Below are positions 16,098 to 26,620 of a DNA stretch of 64,000 nt, piece after piece. This stretch comes from Candidatus Omnitrophota bacterium. Lineage in GTDB: Bacteria > Omnitrophota > Gorgyraeia > Gygaellales > Profunditerraquicolaceae. Made by a program: the position numbers and the translations under genes. The notes under the pieces were generated by a model, which saw only the letters and a list, made by a program, of their open reading frames with translations, did no database searches and had not been told where the DNA came from. The stretch spans positions 4,218-68,217 of the forward strand of contig JBAZLB010000008.1 in assembly GCA_041650495.1 (NCBI GenBank), given 5' to 3'. How positions within the stretch are numbered: position 1 is the first letter of the stretch; the number at the start of each line of letters is the position of its first letter.

Positions 16098-17540
16098 ATG
16101 GAACTAAACGAGATTATCGCACAGAGAAGGGCGAAATTAGACGCCTTGAAAGCCAAGGGCATCCTTGTTTATCCCAAGGCCCTGGCCGGCCGTAAGGATA
16201 TAGGGCCTGCATTAAAGGACTTTCGGGAGGGGGAACGCTTTGTTTTTGCCGGCAGGATTATGGCCAGGCGTATGCACGGTAAGGTCGTCTTTATGGATTT
16301 ACGCGATGCCACCGGTAAGGTCCAGCTTTATATCAAAGAGGATATTGTCGGCAAGGATTATTTTTCCTTAATGGATAGCCTTGATATAGCTGATATTATT
16401 ACTGCGGAGGGCGAGCTTTTTAAGACGCATACAGGTGAGCCTTCGGTAAAAGTGGAAAAGATCACCCTTCTTTCTAAGGCGCTTCGGCCTTTGCCTGAGA
16501 AGTGGCACGGCCTTAAGGATGTAGAATTGCGTTACCGGCAGCGTTATCTGGATTTGCTGGCCAACGAAGAAGTCAGGCAGGTGTTTTTAGCGCGCTCCCG
16601 GGTTATCCGGGCAATCAGGAGTTTTCTTGAAGAAAGAGGGTTTCAGGAGGTGGAAACCCCGATGATGCATGACATTGCCGGAGGCGCCAGCGGCAGGCCT
16701 TTTTGCACCCATCATAATGAATATGATATGGGCCTGTATTTAAGGATTGCCCCCGAGCTTTATCTGAAACGCCTGCTCGTCGGCGGAATGGACAAGGTCT
16801 ATGAGATAAACCGCAGTTTCCGCAATGAAGGCGTATCCACCCGGCATAACCCGGAATTTACCATGCTGGAGGTGTACTCGGCTTATGCCGATTTTAAGGA
16901 TATGATGGAGTTGTGCCAGGATTTAATTATCTCGGTAAGCAGGGTAGTCAAGGGCGGGATGAACTTTTCTTATCAGGGCAAAGAAATAAACCTCAAGGCC
17001 CCCTGGCAGGTCTCTTCTTTTTCCGGTATGGTCAAGGAAAAGTTTGGCATTGAGCCGCAGGATGAGGTTGAAACAATGCTTAAGAAACTGCAGCATAAAG
17101 GTTACGCCCTGGATAAAAAAAGGCTAAGCCGCTCCCAGGTAAATAAGATCATAGAGGATGTGCTTGAGCAGGGTATGCAAATGGACCCGGTTTTTGTGGC
17201 TGATTATTTTACCAGCCTTTGCCCTTTGGCTAAAACCAGTCCTGATAATCCTTTGATCTCCGAACGTTTTGAACTGTATGTGGCAGGCCTGGAAGTAGGC
17301 AATGCCTACTCCGAGTTAAACGACCCCGCAGAACAGAGGCAGCGTTTTCAGGAGGAGATCAAGGAGCTGGATGCCGATGAAAAGAAGGCAGTCGATGAAG
17401 ATTATGTCCAGGCCCTGGAGCACGGGATGCCTCCGGCCGGGGGATTGGGTATAGGGATAGACAGGCTGGTGATGCTGCTTACAGACCAGCCTTCAATAAG
17501 GGATGTAATTCTTTTTCCGCTGCTTAGGCCGCAGAAATAA
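16098..17540 (+). CDS. lysS: Lysyl-tRNA synthetase (class II).
   Basis: A full-length class IIb aaRS, with the N-terminal OB fold and motifs 1-3 ('FRNEG', 'GGLGIGIDRLVMLL'). Confidence 0.95.
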   Translation: MELNEIIAQRRAKLDALKAKGILVYPKALAGRKDIGPALKDFREGERFVFAGRIMARRMHGKVVFMDLRDATGKVQLYIKEDIVGKDYFSLMDSLDIADIITAEGELFKTHTGEPSVKVEKITLLSKALRPLPEKWHGLKDVELRYRQRYLDLLANEEVRQVFLARSRVIRAIRSFLEERGFQEVETPMMHDIAGGASGRPFCTHHNEYDMGLYLRIAPELYLKRLLVGGMDKVYEINRSFRNEGVSTRHNPEFTMLEVYSAYADFKDMMELCQDLIISVSRVVKGGMNFSYQGKEINLKAPWQVSSFSGMVKEKFGIEPQDEVETMLKKLQHKGYALDKKRLSRSQVNKIIEDVLEQGMQMDPVFVADYFTSLCPLAKTSPDNPLISERFELYVAGLEVGNAYSELNDPAEQRQRFQEEIKELDADEKKAVDEDYVQALEHGMPPAGGLGIGIDRLVMLLTDQPSIRDVILFPLLRPQK

Positions 17541-18730
17541 TGGGTGTAGAGTTTTTTATCAGCCGGCGTTATTTATTCACCAAGAGGAAAGAAAAATTTA
17601 TTTCTCTTATTTCTGTTATTACCATCGCCGGGGTAGCTATAGGGGTGGCTGCCCTGATGGTAGTTATCGGCGTAATGAGCGGTTTTGATAAAGACCTGAA
17701 AGAAAAAATAGTAGGCAATTATTCCCATCTTACTGTTGCCAGCTATAAGGCTATAGAAGACAGCCGTTACCCTGAGCTGGCCGAGAAGATTTACGGCAAT
17801 AAACATGTGGTGGGGGTCAGTCCTTACCTGCAGGGCCAGGTGTTGGCAATGCAGGATAATAGATTTTTTGCCGTTTCCTTAAAAGGGATTTCCCCTAAGG
17901 AAGAGGTGCGGGTAAGCAAGATCAAGGAGTGCCTGACCAGGGGCAGTATTGAATCCCTGGATGCCTCAGCTATCATTATCGGCAAGGAATTAGCAGCGTA
18001 TCTGGGCCTTGATGTTGGTTCTTCCATGGCCGTATATTCGCCGCAGGGAAAACAGTTTGTTTTAAGGGTTGTCGGTATTTTTAACACCGGGATGTATGAA
18101 TATGATATGAACCTGGTATTTACCGGATTAAAGACCGCCCAGGATATCTTAGGCATGCCTGGACAAATAAGCTCTATAGGCATCAAACTGGATAATCTTG
18201 ATTCTGCGGACAGGGTAAGAGGGGAATTGGCTTCTGTCCTGGGAGTTGATTTTAGCCTGAAGACATGGTCAGAAATAAACCGGAATTTCTTTGCCGCATT
18301 GAAACTTGAAAAATTGACTATGTTTATTATCCTTACCCTGATTATACTGGTAGCTTCTTTTAATATTGCCAGCACCCTTATTGTTATGGTGGTAGAGAAG
18401 ACCAAGGATATAGGGATATTGAAGGCCATCGGCATGACTTGCGGGAGTATACGCCGTATTTTTATCTATGAAGGGCTGATTATAGGGGGGCTGGGGATCC
18501 TTCTTGGCGGCGCAGGCGGGGGACTGCTTTGTTTTCTGCTTAAGAAATACCAGTTTATAAAGCTGCCCCAGGATATATATTACATTGACCGTCTTCCCGT
18601 CTCCATTGTTTTATGGCCGGATATTGTTTTAATTCTTTTCTCTGCCCTTGTGGTTACCTTGATCTCAACCGTTTATCCTGCGATCAAGGCCGCCGGTTTA
18701 AAACCGGTAGAGGCGCTTAGGTATGAATAG
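17540..18730 (+). CDS. lolE: Lipoprotein-releasing ABC transporter permease (LolC/LolE, FtsX/MacB family).
   Basis: It has an N-terminal TM helix, a periplasmic domain and a C-terminal FtsX-like domain of three TM helices. It lies adjacent to the lolD ATPase. Confidence 0.75.
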   Translation: MGVEFFISRRYLFTKRKEKFISLISVITIAGVAIGVAALMVVIGVMSGFDKDLKEKIVGNYSHLTVASYKAIEDSRYPELAEKIYGNKHVVGVSPYLQGQVLAMQDNRFFAVSLKGISPKEEVRVSKIKECLTRGSIESLDASAIIIGKELAAYLGLDVGSSMAVYSPQGKQFVLRVVGIFNTGMYEYDMNLVFTGLKTAQDILGMPGQISSIGIKLDNLDSADRVRGELASVLGVDFSLKTWSEINRNFFAALKLEKLTMFIILTLIILVASFNIASTLIVMVVEKTKDIGILKAIGMTCGSIRRIFIYEGLIIGGLGILLGGAGGGLLCFLLKKYQFIKLPQDIYYIDRLPVSIVLWPDIVLILFSALVVTLISTVYPAIKAAGLKPVEALRYE

Positions 18731-18755
18731 CCTTGCTGTTAAATGAAAGTTGGGG

Positions 18756-19430
18756 ATGTTAGAAGCCCGGAATATACATAAGGTTTACTATAACGGCAAT
18801 AAGCAGCTTGAGGTATTAAAAGGTGTTAATTTAAAGATAGCCGAAGGAGAGCTTGTTGCGGTGGTAGGGCCTTCCGGAGCGGGTAAGTCCACGCTGCTGC
18901 ACATACTCGGCGGCCTGGATGAGCCGAGTGCAGGAGAGGTAGTCCTGGAAAGGGAAAATATTTATACCTTAAGCGATAACGGACTATCCGGGATACGTAG
19001 TAAAAAAGTCGGTTTTATTTTCCAGTCATATCATCTTTTAGCGGAATTTACCGTGCTTGAGAATGTAGTTATGCCTGCCCTGGTAAGATGCCCGGCAGCA
19101 GCTTCTTATTCTCAGATTGAAAAAGAGGGCAGGGGTCTTATTGCAAAGGTGGGGTTAACCGAGAGGATGGGGCATTTTCCTACGCAGCTTTCAGGGGGCG
19201 AGCAGCAGCGGGTGGCGATTGCGCGTGCCTTGATCAATAAGCCGAAGGTCCTTTTATGCGATGAGCCTACGGGTAACCTTGATTCTTACAACGGTAAAGA
19301 GGTGATTTCTCTGATTAAGAGGATAAGCTCAGAGAGCAATATGGCGGTGGTGCTGGTGACGCACAACCTGGAATTGGCTGGAGATTTCAAGCGTATATAT
19401 CATTTAAGCGACGGGGTATTTTGCTCCTAG
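18756..19430 (+). CDS. lolD: ABC transporter ATP-binding protein LolD.
   Basis: Walker A is 'GPSGAGKST', the signature is '[15 protein letters not shown]' and Walker B is '[11 protein letters not shown]'. Confidence 0.8.
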   Translation: MLEARNIHKVYYNGNKQLEVLKGVNLKIAEGELVAVVGPSGAGKSTLLHILGGLDEPSAGEVVLERENIYTLSDNGLSGIRSKKVGFIFQSYHLLAEFTVLENVVMPALVRCPAAASYSQIEKEGRGLIAKVGLTERMGHFPTQLSGGEQQRVAIARALINKPKVLLCDEPTGNLDSYNGKEVISLIKRISSESNMAVVLVTHNLELAGDFKRIYHLSDGVFCS

Positions 19431-19478
19431 GATATCGGATAGTAAAAGGCATAATAATTATAAAATTTTAAGGAGGTC

Positions 19479-20357
19479 ATGATGAAAATATATATCAACG
19501 GTAAATTCTACGAAAAGGAAGAGGCTAAGATATCCGTTTTTGACCACGGACTTTTATACGGTGACGGGGTATTTGAGGGCATACGTTCTTATAGCTGCCT
19601 GGTTTTTAAACTCAAGGAGCATATTGAGCGTTTGTATGAATCCGCGCATTCGATCATGATAAATATCCCCTTGACCAAAGAGGAGATGACCAGGGCGGTC
19701 ATCCGCACGCTTAAAGAAAACAAGCTCAGGGACGCATATATCCGTTTAATAGTGACCCGCGGCGAGGGCGACCTGGGTCTTGACCCCCGTAGATGCGAAG
19801 GTAAGTCTACGGTTATTATCATCGCCGACCGCATATCACTTTATCCTGATAAATTCTACAAGAAAGGCCTTGAGATTATTACTGTGCCTACAGTCAGGAA
19901 TCTTCCTGAGGCGCTTAATCCTCAGATAAAGTCGTTGAACTACCTGAATAATATCCTGGCTAAGATTGAGGCGGTGAATTTAGGTTATGACGAGGCAATT
20001 ATGTTGGATTCCCTGGGTTATGTTGCGGAATGCACCGGGGACAATATTTTTATTGTCGAGCGCGCGGGGCTTTATACCCCTCCGCAGTGCATGGGGACAT
20101 TAAGGGGCATTACGCGCGATACGGTCCTTGAGATTGCGGCGAAAAACAAAATCGGTGTGCATGAGCATGTGCTTACCCGCCATGAACTTTACATTTCGGA
20201 TGAATGTTTTCTTACCGGGACAGCGGCAGAGATTATTCCTGTGGTGAAGGTTGACGGCAGGCTTATCGGCACAGGTAAACCCGGGAAGCTTACCCTTAGT
20301 TTGATGAAGAAATTTAAGGAACTCACCCGTAAAGAGGGCTCAAGGTATGCTTTGTAA
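19479..20357 (+). CDS. ilvE: Class IV aminotransferase (branched-chain amino acid / D-amino-acid aminotransferase family).
   Basis: A 292-aa fold-type IV PLP enzyme with 'FDHGLLYGDGVFEG'. The RBS is 'AAGGAGGT'. Confidence 0.7.
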   Translation: MMKIYINGKFYEKEEAKISVFDHGLLYGDGVFEGIRSYSCLVFKLKEHIERLYESAHSIMINIPLTKEEMTRAVIRTLKENKLRDAYIRLIVTRGEGDLGLDPRRCEGKSTVIIIADRISLYPDKFYKKGLEIITVPTVRNLPEALNPQIKSLNYLNNILAKIEAVNLGYDEAIMLDSLGYVAECTGDNIFIVERAGLYTPPQCMGTLRGITRDTVLEIAAKNKIGVHEHVLTRHELYISDECFLTGTAAEIIPVVKVDGRLIGTGKPGKLTLSLMKKFKELTRKEGSRYAL

Positions 20358-20895
20358 TATTTGCGGCAAAAAACCAGCGACAGTGCATCTTACTGAAATC
20401 GTGGATGACCAGATGACGGAATTGCACTTGTGCGAAGAGTGCGCGCATCAGAAGAGCGCTCAGATGGAGCAGCAGTTTGGGTTAAGCGACCTTTTGGCGG
20501 GTCTGGCTGAATTTGAAAAGCCCAAGAAAGAAGCGGAGTCTATCCTGCTTAAGTGCCCTAACTGCGGTTTTACCTATGCGGAATTCCAGAAGATAGGCAG
20601 GCTTGGCTGCAGCGAATGCTACGGGGCATTTAAAGGTTATCTCCTGCCGCTTTTAAAGCGTATCCACGGCTCGAATATGCATGTAGGTAAGATTCCGCTT
20701 TCATCCGGCAAGATGCCCAAGAGAGAAAAGGCCGCAGCCGTAACTTCCGATGAATTTGACCTGCAGGAAATGCGCCGCAGGCTTCAGGCGGCCATTAGTG
20801 CCGAGGCATTTGAGGAGGCGGCCAAGATACGCGACCAGATAAAAGAAATGGAAAAAGGGCAGACGCAAGGTAGAGATACCAAGGAGGGTAAATGA
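20347..20895 (+). CDS. mcsA: McsA-like protein arginine kinase activator (zinc fingers plus a UVR motif).
   Basis: It has CxxC pairs ('CNICGKK', 'CEEC', 'CPNCG', 'CSEC') and the UVR motif 'AISAEAFEEAAKIRDQIKEME'. It sits immediately upstream of mcsB-clpC. Confidence 0.7.
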   Translation: MLCNICGKKPATVHLTEIVDDQMTELHLCEECAHQKSAQMEQQFGLSDLLAGLAEFEKPKKEAESILLKCPNCGFTYAEFQKIGRLGCSECYGAFKGYLLPLLKRIHGSNMHVGKIPLSSGKMPKREKAAAVTSDEFDLQEMRRRLQAAISAEAFEEAAKIRDQIKEMEKGQTQGRDTKEGK

Positions 20896-21950
20896 AGCTA
20901 AACGACCTCCTGAAACATACAAGCGAATGGCTCAAAGGCACGGGCCCTAATTCCGATATCGTGATCTCCAGCCGCATCCGCCTGGCCAGGAATCTGGATA
21001 AGCTTCCCTTTCCGCACCTGGCTAATAAAAAGCAGGGTGAGAACGTATTGAATGCGGTATTGGAGGCGGCAGGTGGGGCGAGTTACTTAAAGAAGGCCAC
21101 GACCTTCAGGCTTATGGAATTGGACAATGTAGATAAGCAGTTTCTGGTCGAACGCCACCTGATGTCTTTAGAGCATGCCCAGCATCCGGAGAATAAGGCC
21201 TTGATCATCGATGACGAAGAGATCGTTTCCATTATGATCAATGAAGAGGACCATATACGCATGCAGGTAATGCAGTCGGGTTTTAACGTATTTGAGGCAT
21301 GGAATATCATTAATAATATAGACGATGCCCTGGCTAAAGAACTGCGTTTGGCCTTTCGTGCGGATTTAGGGTATCTTACCGCCTGTCCGACTAACGTAGG
21401 CACGGGCATGCGCGGTTCGGTGATGCTGCATCTTCCGGCACTGGTGATGGCCGGGCAGATTAACCGGGTATTGGCGGCAATCGCTAAATTGAGTTTTACT
21501 ACGCGCGGCCTCTGCGGTGAAGGAACACAGGCAAGCGGTAATTTCTTTCAGATATCCAACCAGGTTTCACTGGGAAACAGCGAGGAAGATATTATTGAAG
21601 GCATCAACGGCCTTATCCGGCAGATTATTGAACAGGAGAACCAGGCGCGCAAGGTACTTTTTTCTCAGAATAAGGCTATGCTGGAGGACAGGATTAACCG
21701 CAGTTTTGGCATCTTAAAGAGCGCGCGTATTATTTCCAGCCAAGAGACAATAGAGCTGTTATCTATGGTCAGGCTGGGGGTGGACCTGGGCGTGTTAAAT
21801 AACCTGGAGCGCAGCACCGTCAATGAACTCTTTATCATTACCCAGCCGGCCCATTTGCAGAAGATAAAGAAAGGCAGGCTCTCTTCTCAGGAAAGGGATA
21901 TTGAGAGGGCGCAGCTTATCAGGAATAAATTAATAAACAGTCAGAATTAA
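20892..21950 (+). CDS. mcsB: Protein arginine kinase McsB (ATP:guanido phosphotransferase family).
   Basis: It carries the phosphagen-kinase active-site motif '[18 protein letters not shown]'. Confidence 0.85.
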   Translation: MKLNDLLKHTSEWLKGTGPNSDIVISSRIRLARNLDKLPFPHLANKKQGENVLNAVLEAAGGASYLKKATTFRLMELDNVDKQFLVERHLMSLEHAQHPENKALIIDDEEIVSIMINEEDHIRMQVMQSGFNVFEAWNIINNIDDALAKELRLAFRADLGYLTACPTNVGTGMRGSVMLHLPALVMAGQINRVLAAIAKLSFTTRGLCGEGTQASGNFFQISNQVSLGNSEEDIIEGINGLIRQIIEQENQARKVLFSQNKAMLEDRINRSFGILKSARIISSQETIELLSMVRLGVDLGVLNNLERSTVNELFIITQPAHLQKIKKGRLSSQERDIERAQLIRNKLINSQN

Positions 21951-21964
21951 TTCAAGGAGGGACA

Positions 21965-24376
21965 ATGTTCAACCGGTTTACGGAGAGGGCAAGGAAGGTG
22001 ATTATACTGGCTAAAGAAGAGGCCAGGCGTTTTAATCATGATTATATTGGTACCGAACATATACTGCTGGGCTTAATCCGTGAAGGGGAAGGGGTGGCGG
22101 CTACTGTCTTGCAGAAGGTGGGGGTATCGTTAGAGAAGATACGCCTTGAGATCGAGAAATTAGTCCAGCCGGGACCGGCTACCCAGATTATCGGAGATAT
22201 ACCTTTTACCCCGCGGGCAAAAAAGGCCTTAGAGCTTGCTGCCGAAGAGGCCAGGTCTTTGGGTCATAACTACATCGGCACAGAGCACCTTTTATTGGGC
22301 CTTATCCGGGAAGGGGAAGGCATGGCTTCACAGGTCCTGTTGAATCTGGGGTTGGATTTGACTACGGTCAGGAATGAAGTGATGGAGTTGCTGGGTTCAG
22401 CACTTCCCGGATCAACCCAGTCTGTGGCAAAGACAAAGACCCCTGCGCTGGATGCCTTCGGCAGGGACCTGACTGCCTTAGCCAAGGAGAACAAACTTGA
22501 CCCGGTGATTAACCGGCGCAATGAGATTGACCGGGTGATACAGATATTAAGCCGCCGCACCAAAAATAACCCCGTTTTGCTGGGGGAGGCAGGCGTAGGA
22601 AAGACTGCTATAGTAGAAGGCCTGGCCCAGGCTATCGTAAACGGCAATGTCCCGGAAATACTGCGTAACCGCCGCATTATTGTTTTGGATTTAGCCTTGA
22701 TGGTTGCCGGCACAAAATACCGCGGTCAGTTTGAAGAGAGGATTAAGGCCATAATGGAGGAAATAAAGCGTTCGCAGGACGTCATTATTTTTATCGATGA
22801 ACTGCATACCCTGGTAGGGGCAGGCGCTGCAGAGGGGGCAATAGACGCCTCTAATATTTTAAAGCCCGCACTTTCCCGCGGTGAGATCCAGTGTATAGGC
22901 GCAACCACCCTGGATGAATACAGGAAACATGTTGAAAAGGACGCGGCCTTAGAACGCAGGTTCCAGACTATTATGGTCGAGCCACCTTCGGTGGAACAGG
23001 CAGTGGATATACTAAAAGGGCTGCGTGATAAATACGAGGCGCATCACCGCGTTACCTTTAAAGATGATGCCCTGCTCTCAGCGGTAAGATTATCAGACCG
23101 TTATATTTCAGGCAGATTCCTGCCGGATAAGGCCATTGACCTGATTGACGAGGCAGGCTCCCGCGCCAGGTTGAATGTGCTGGTAGTACCTGCGGATATA
23201 AAGAAACTGGAGGAGAAGGTAGAGTCTTTGAAGAAAGAGAAGGAGTCTTACATCAAAAGCCAGGATTTCGAGAAGGCGGCATCATTAAGGGACCAGGAGA
23301 GGCTGACCCGGCAGGAATTAGAGCGTTTAAATAAGGAATGGAGCCAGGCCAAGGATAAGATGCGGCCGGAGGTGGGCGAAGAAGAGATTGCCAATATAGT
23401 TTCGCAATGGACAGGTATACCTATTTTCAGGTTAGAGGAGAAGGAATCCGAAAAATTGATGAAGATAGAAGAAGAACTGCATAAGCGCGTGGTCGGCCAG
23501 GATGAGCCCATCTCTGCTATTGCCCATGCCGTCAGGCGTTCCCGCGCCGGCATTAAGGACCCGCGCCGGCCCATAGGTTCTTTTATTTTCTTAGGGCCTA
23601 CCGGCGTAGGTAAGACCCTGCTTGCCAGGGCGCTGGCAGAATTTATGTTCGGAGACGAAGATGCGCTTATACAGCTGGATATGTCGGAGTATATGGAGAA
23701 ATTCAATGTCTCCCGGCTTATCGGAGCTCCTCCCGGATACGTGGGTTATGAAGAGGGGGGCCAGCTTACCGAAAGAGTAAGGCGCAGGCCTTATGCGGTT
23801 ATACTCCTGGATGAAATAGAAAAGGCCCATCCTGATGTCTTTAATCTGCTCCTTCAGGTATTTGAAGAGGGGCACCTTACGGACAGTTTTGGCAGGAAAG
23901 TGGATTTCAGGAATACCGTGATGCTGATGACCTCTAATGTGGGGGCTGAGACTATCCGCAAGACCGGCTCCCTGGGTTTTAAAAGCGATAAGGAAGAGGT
24001 TACCTATCAGGGGATGAAAGAAAAACTCCTGGAGGAGGTAAAGCATACCTTTAAGCCCGAGTTTTTAAACCGCATAGACGATATTATTGTCTTCAGGTCA
24101 TTAAGCAGGGAAGACCTGCACCATATAATTGATATTGAGATAGGTTTTGTTGCTGCCAGGCTCAAAGAGCAGAATATAAGTCTTGAGGTAACCCCTGAGG
24201 CAAAAGAATTCCTGATTGAAAAGGGGTTTGACCCTGTCTTTGGCGCCAGGCCCTTAAAAAGGACCATACAGCGTTTTATGGAGGACCCTTTAGCCTCGAA
24301 TATTATCTCTAAAAAGTTTAAAGACGGTTCTGTTGTCAAGGTTGCCTGTAAAAATGCGGAACTGATTTTCGAATAA
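21965..24376 (+). CDS. clpC: ATP-dependent Clp protease ATP-binding subunit ClpC.
   Basis: It has duplicated Clp-N repeats and two AAA+ modules with Walker A motifs 'GEAGVGKT' and 'GPTGVGKT'. The middle domain holds the UVR motif. Confidence 0.9.
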   Translation: MFNRFTERARKVIILAKEEARRFNHDYIGTEHILLGLIREGEGVAATVLQKVGVSLEKIRLEIEKLVQPGPATQIIGDIPFTPRAKKALELAAEEARSLGHNYIGTEHLLLGLIREGEGMASQVLLNLGLDLTTVRNEVMELLGSALPGSTQSVAKTKTPALDAFGRDLTALAKENKLDPVINRRNEIDRVIQILSRRTKNNPVLLGEAGVGKTAIVEGLAQAIVNGNVPEILRNRRIIVLDLALMVAGTKYRGQFEERIKAIMEEIKRSQDVIIFIDELHTLVGAGAAEGAIDASNILKPALSRGEIQCIGATTLDEYRKHVEKDAALERRFQTIMVEPPSVEQAVDILKGLRDKYEAHHRVTFKDDALLSAVRLSDRYISGRFLPDKAIDLIDEAGSRARLNVLVVPADIKKLEEKVESLKKEKESYIKSQDFEKAASLRDQERLTRQELERLNKEWSQAKDKMRPEVGEEEIANIVSQWTGIPIFRLEEKESEKLMKIEEELHKRVVGQDEPISAIAHAVRRSRAGIKDPRRPIGSFIFLGPTGVGKTLLARALAEFMFGDEDALIQLDMSEYMEKFNVSRLIGAPPGYVGYEEGGQLTERVRRRPYAVILLDEIEKAHPDVFNLLLQVFEEGHLTDSFGRKVDFRNTVMLMTSNVGAETIRKTGSLGFKSDKEEVTYQGMKEKLLEEVKHTFKPEFLNRIDDIIVFRSLSREDLHHIIDIEIGFVAARLKEQNISLEVTPEAKEFLIEKGFDPVFGARPLKRTIQRFMEDPLASNIISKKFKDGSVVKVACKNAELIFE

Positions 24377-25158
24377 TGGAAAAATTATTTATTATCTTAG
24401 GTAAAAAGGTAACATCCTTTCTGTATTTTTCCGGAGGCCTGGCTAACCTGGTCTCCCAGACTTTTTATTGGACGTTTACCGCGCCCATTAAAAAAGAGCG
24501 CGTTTTTATCCAGGCAAAGAAGGCAGGCGTGGATAGCCTGCCTATAGTCTCCCTGATTACCTTCTTTATCGGCGTAATCATGGCCTTTCAGACCGCCTAT
24601 CTGATGCAGCGTCTGGGTTCGGAGATGTATATCGCCAGTATTGTCGCTCTTTCCCTGGTCAGAGAATTAGGCCCGGTTATCACAGCCCTTGTAGTTGCCG
24701 GCCGTGTGGGCGCTGCTATTACCGCCGAAATAGGCTCTATGCAGGTTACCGAACAGGTAGATGCCCTGCAGACCCTGGCGACTAATCCCGTAAAATATTT
24801 AGTTGTCCCCAGGTTTATTGCCTTGAGCATAATGCTGCCCATTCTTACCCTCTACGGGGATATTATCGGTATATTCGGCGGATACCTTATATGCGTTTAT
24901 AAACTGGGCATTACCTCCAGTATGTACCTGCATATCGCCTTTGATGCCCTGTTATTCAAGGATGTATTTACCGGCCTGGCTAAGACCATATTCTTCGGGA
25001 TGATTATCTCTTTTGTGAGTTGTTATGAGGGTTTTAACGTAGAGGGCGGCGCAGAAGGTGTGGGTAAGGCTACTACCCGTTCTGTGGTGACCACCTTTAT
25101 CATGATCATCGCTGCAGACTGTTTCTTTACTGCCCTGTTTTATTTTATATTCCCTTAG
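24376..25158 (+). CDS. mlaE: Phospholipid ABC transporter permease MlaE.
   Basis: It belongs to the MlaE/TTG2B family and has five TM segments. Confidence 0.85.
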   Translation: MEKLFIILGKKVTSFLYFSGGLANLVSQTFYWTFTAPIKKERVFIQAKKAGVDSLPIVSLITFFIGVIMAFQTAYLMQRLGSEMYIASIVALSLVRELGPVITALVVAGRVGAAITAEIGSMQVTEQVDALQTLATNPVKYLVVPRFIALSIMLPILTLYGDIIGIFGGYLICVYKLGITSSMYLHIAFDALLFKDVFTGLAKTIFFGMIISFVSCYEGFNVEGGAEGVGKATTRSVVTTFIMIIAADCFFTALFYFIFP

Positions 25159-25186
25159 GGCTAAACGTATTTAAGATCCGGTCAAC

Positions 25187-25957
25187 ATGATAGAAATAAT
25201 AGGGTTAAATAAATCTTTTAACGAGAGAAAAGTCTTAAACAACCTCAGCCTGAAAGTCGATACAGGTTCGACCTGCGTCATTATCGGGCGTTCCGGATGC
25301 GGTAAAAGCGTTCTCTTAAAACATATCGTGGGTATATTAAGCCCGGATAGCGGCCAGGTTATCGTTGACGGCCAGGATGTCACGCAGTTAAAGGAAAGCG
25401 AAATGGATAAAGTAAGGATGAGGGTGGGTATGGTCTTTCAGGGCGGGGCCCTGTTTGATTCCATGAATGTCGGAGAGAATGTGGGTTTTGGCTTGATCGA
25501 GCATGACCATATAGAAAGGAAGCAATTACTGGAAAGGATAGAAGAGGCGCTTTGCATGGTAGGCCTTTGCGGGATAGAGAACCTTATGCCTTCGGAATTA
25601 AGCGGCGGCATGAAAAAACGCGTATCCCTTGCCAGAGCGATATGCATTAAGCCGGATATCATACTTTATGATGAGCCCACTACCGGAGTCGATCCCATTA
25701 CCGCAGACAGTATAAATGAACTTATCCGCAGCCTGCACGATAAAATAAAGGTCACCTCTATAGTAGTTACGCATGATATGAAGAGCGCTTATCGCGTGGC
25801 AGACCGGATTGCCATGCTTTACCAGGGCAGGATTATTGCAGAAGGCACAGCCGAGGAGATCCAGGCGACAGAGCATCCGGTGGTGCATCAGTTTATAAAC
25901 GGATTAGCCAAAGGTCCGATAACCGAAACAGTGGAACATCTGAAGAACAGGCAGTAG
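25187..25957 (+). CDS. mlaF: Phospholipid ABC transporter ATPase MlaF.
   Basis: Walker A is 'GRSGCGKS', the signature is 'LSGGMKKRVSLARA' and Walker B is 'ILYDEPTTGVD'. Confidence 0.85.
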   Translation: MIEIIGLNKSFNERKVLNNLSLKVDTGSTCVIIGRSGCGKSVLLKHIVGILSPDSGQVIVDGQDVTQLKESEMDKVRMRVGMVFQGGALFDSMNVGENVGFGLIEHDHIERKQLLERIEEALCMVGLCGIENLMPSELSGGMKKRVSLARAICIKPDIILYDEPTTGVDPITADSINELIRSLHDKIKVTSIVVTHDMKSAYRVADRIAMLYQGRIIAEGTAEEIQATEHPVVHQFINGLAKGPITETVEHLKNRQ

Positions 25958-25987
25958 TTGTTTACCTTCTAAATCAGGAGGCAGGAG

Positions 25988-26620
25988 ATGATATTCGGAA
26001 AATCAAGATTGGAATTCAAGGTGGGTATCTTTGTTTTTATCGGGTTGGTAATATTGATGACCTTTGTCCTGCTTATCGGAGATTTCAGGGTCTGGGCCTT
26101 AGGTTATCGGATGAATTTTTCATTTAATTTTGCCAACGGCGTCAAGGTAGGCGCTCCGGTAAGGTTTTGCGGGGTAGATGTGGGTGAAGTAAAAGGCATT
26201 GATTTTGTATATGTGCCGGAAGAATATAAGACCAAGGTTATTATAAGGGGATGGCTGAGAAAGGAAATAAAGATCCCCAGCGATTCCCGGATCTGGATAA
26301 ATACGCTGGGGCTTTTAGGTGAAAAATACGTAGAGATTATTCCCGGCAGCGATTACGCGCACTGCTTTGAGGCTAACCAGGTTATTGTCGGCAATGACCC
26401 GGTGGCCATGCATGAGGTTACCCGGCTGGCTAAAAATATTGCTGATAACCTTGACGCGATCATCACCAAAGTTAAAAATAAGGAAGGCACTATCGGTAAG
26501 CTTCTTTACGATGATGCGCTCTATAATGAATTGGAAGCATTTATTTCCGATATCAGGCGTAATCCATGGAAACTTTTCTTCAAGACCAAAGAGAAGAAGG
26601 CCCCTCCTAAGAAGCAATGA
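25988..26620 (+). CDS. mlaD: MCE-domain protein MlaD.
   Basis: It has an N-terminal TM anchor followed by an MCE domain, and it follows mlaEF. Confidence 0.8.
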   Translation: MIFGKSRLEFKVGIFVFIGLVILMTFVLLIGDFRVWALGYRMNFSFNFANGVKVGAPVRFCGVDVGEVKGIDFVYVPEEYKTKVIIRGWLRKEIKIPSDSRIWINTLGLLGEKYVEIIPGSDYAHCFEANQVIVGNDPVAMHEVTRLAKNIADNLDAIITKVKNKEGTIGKLLYDDALYNELEAFISDIRRNPWKLFFKTKEKKAPPKKQ

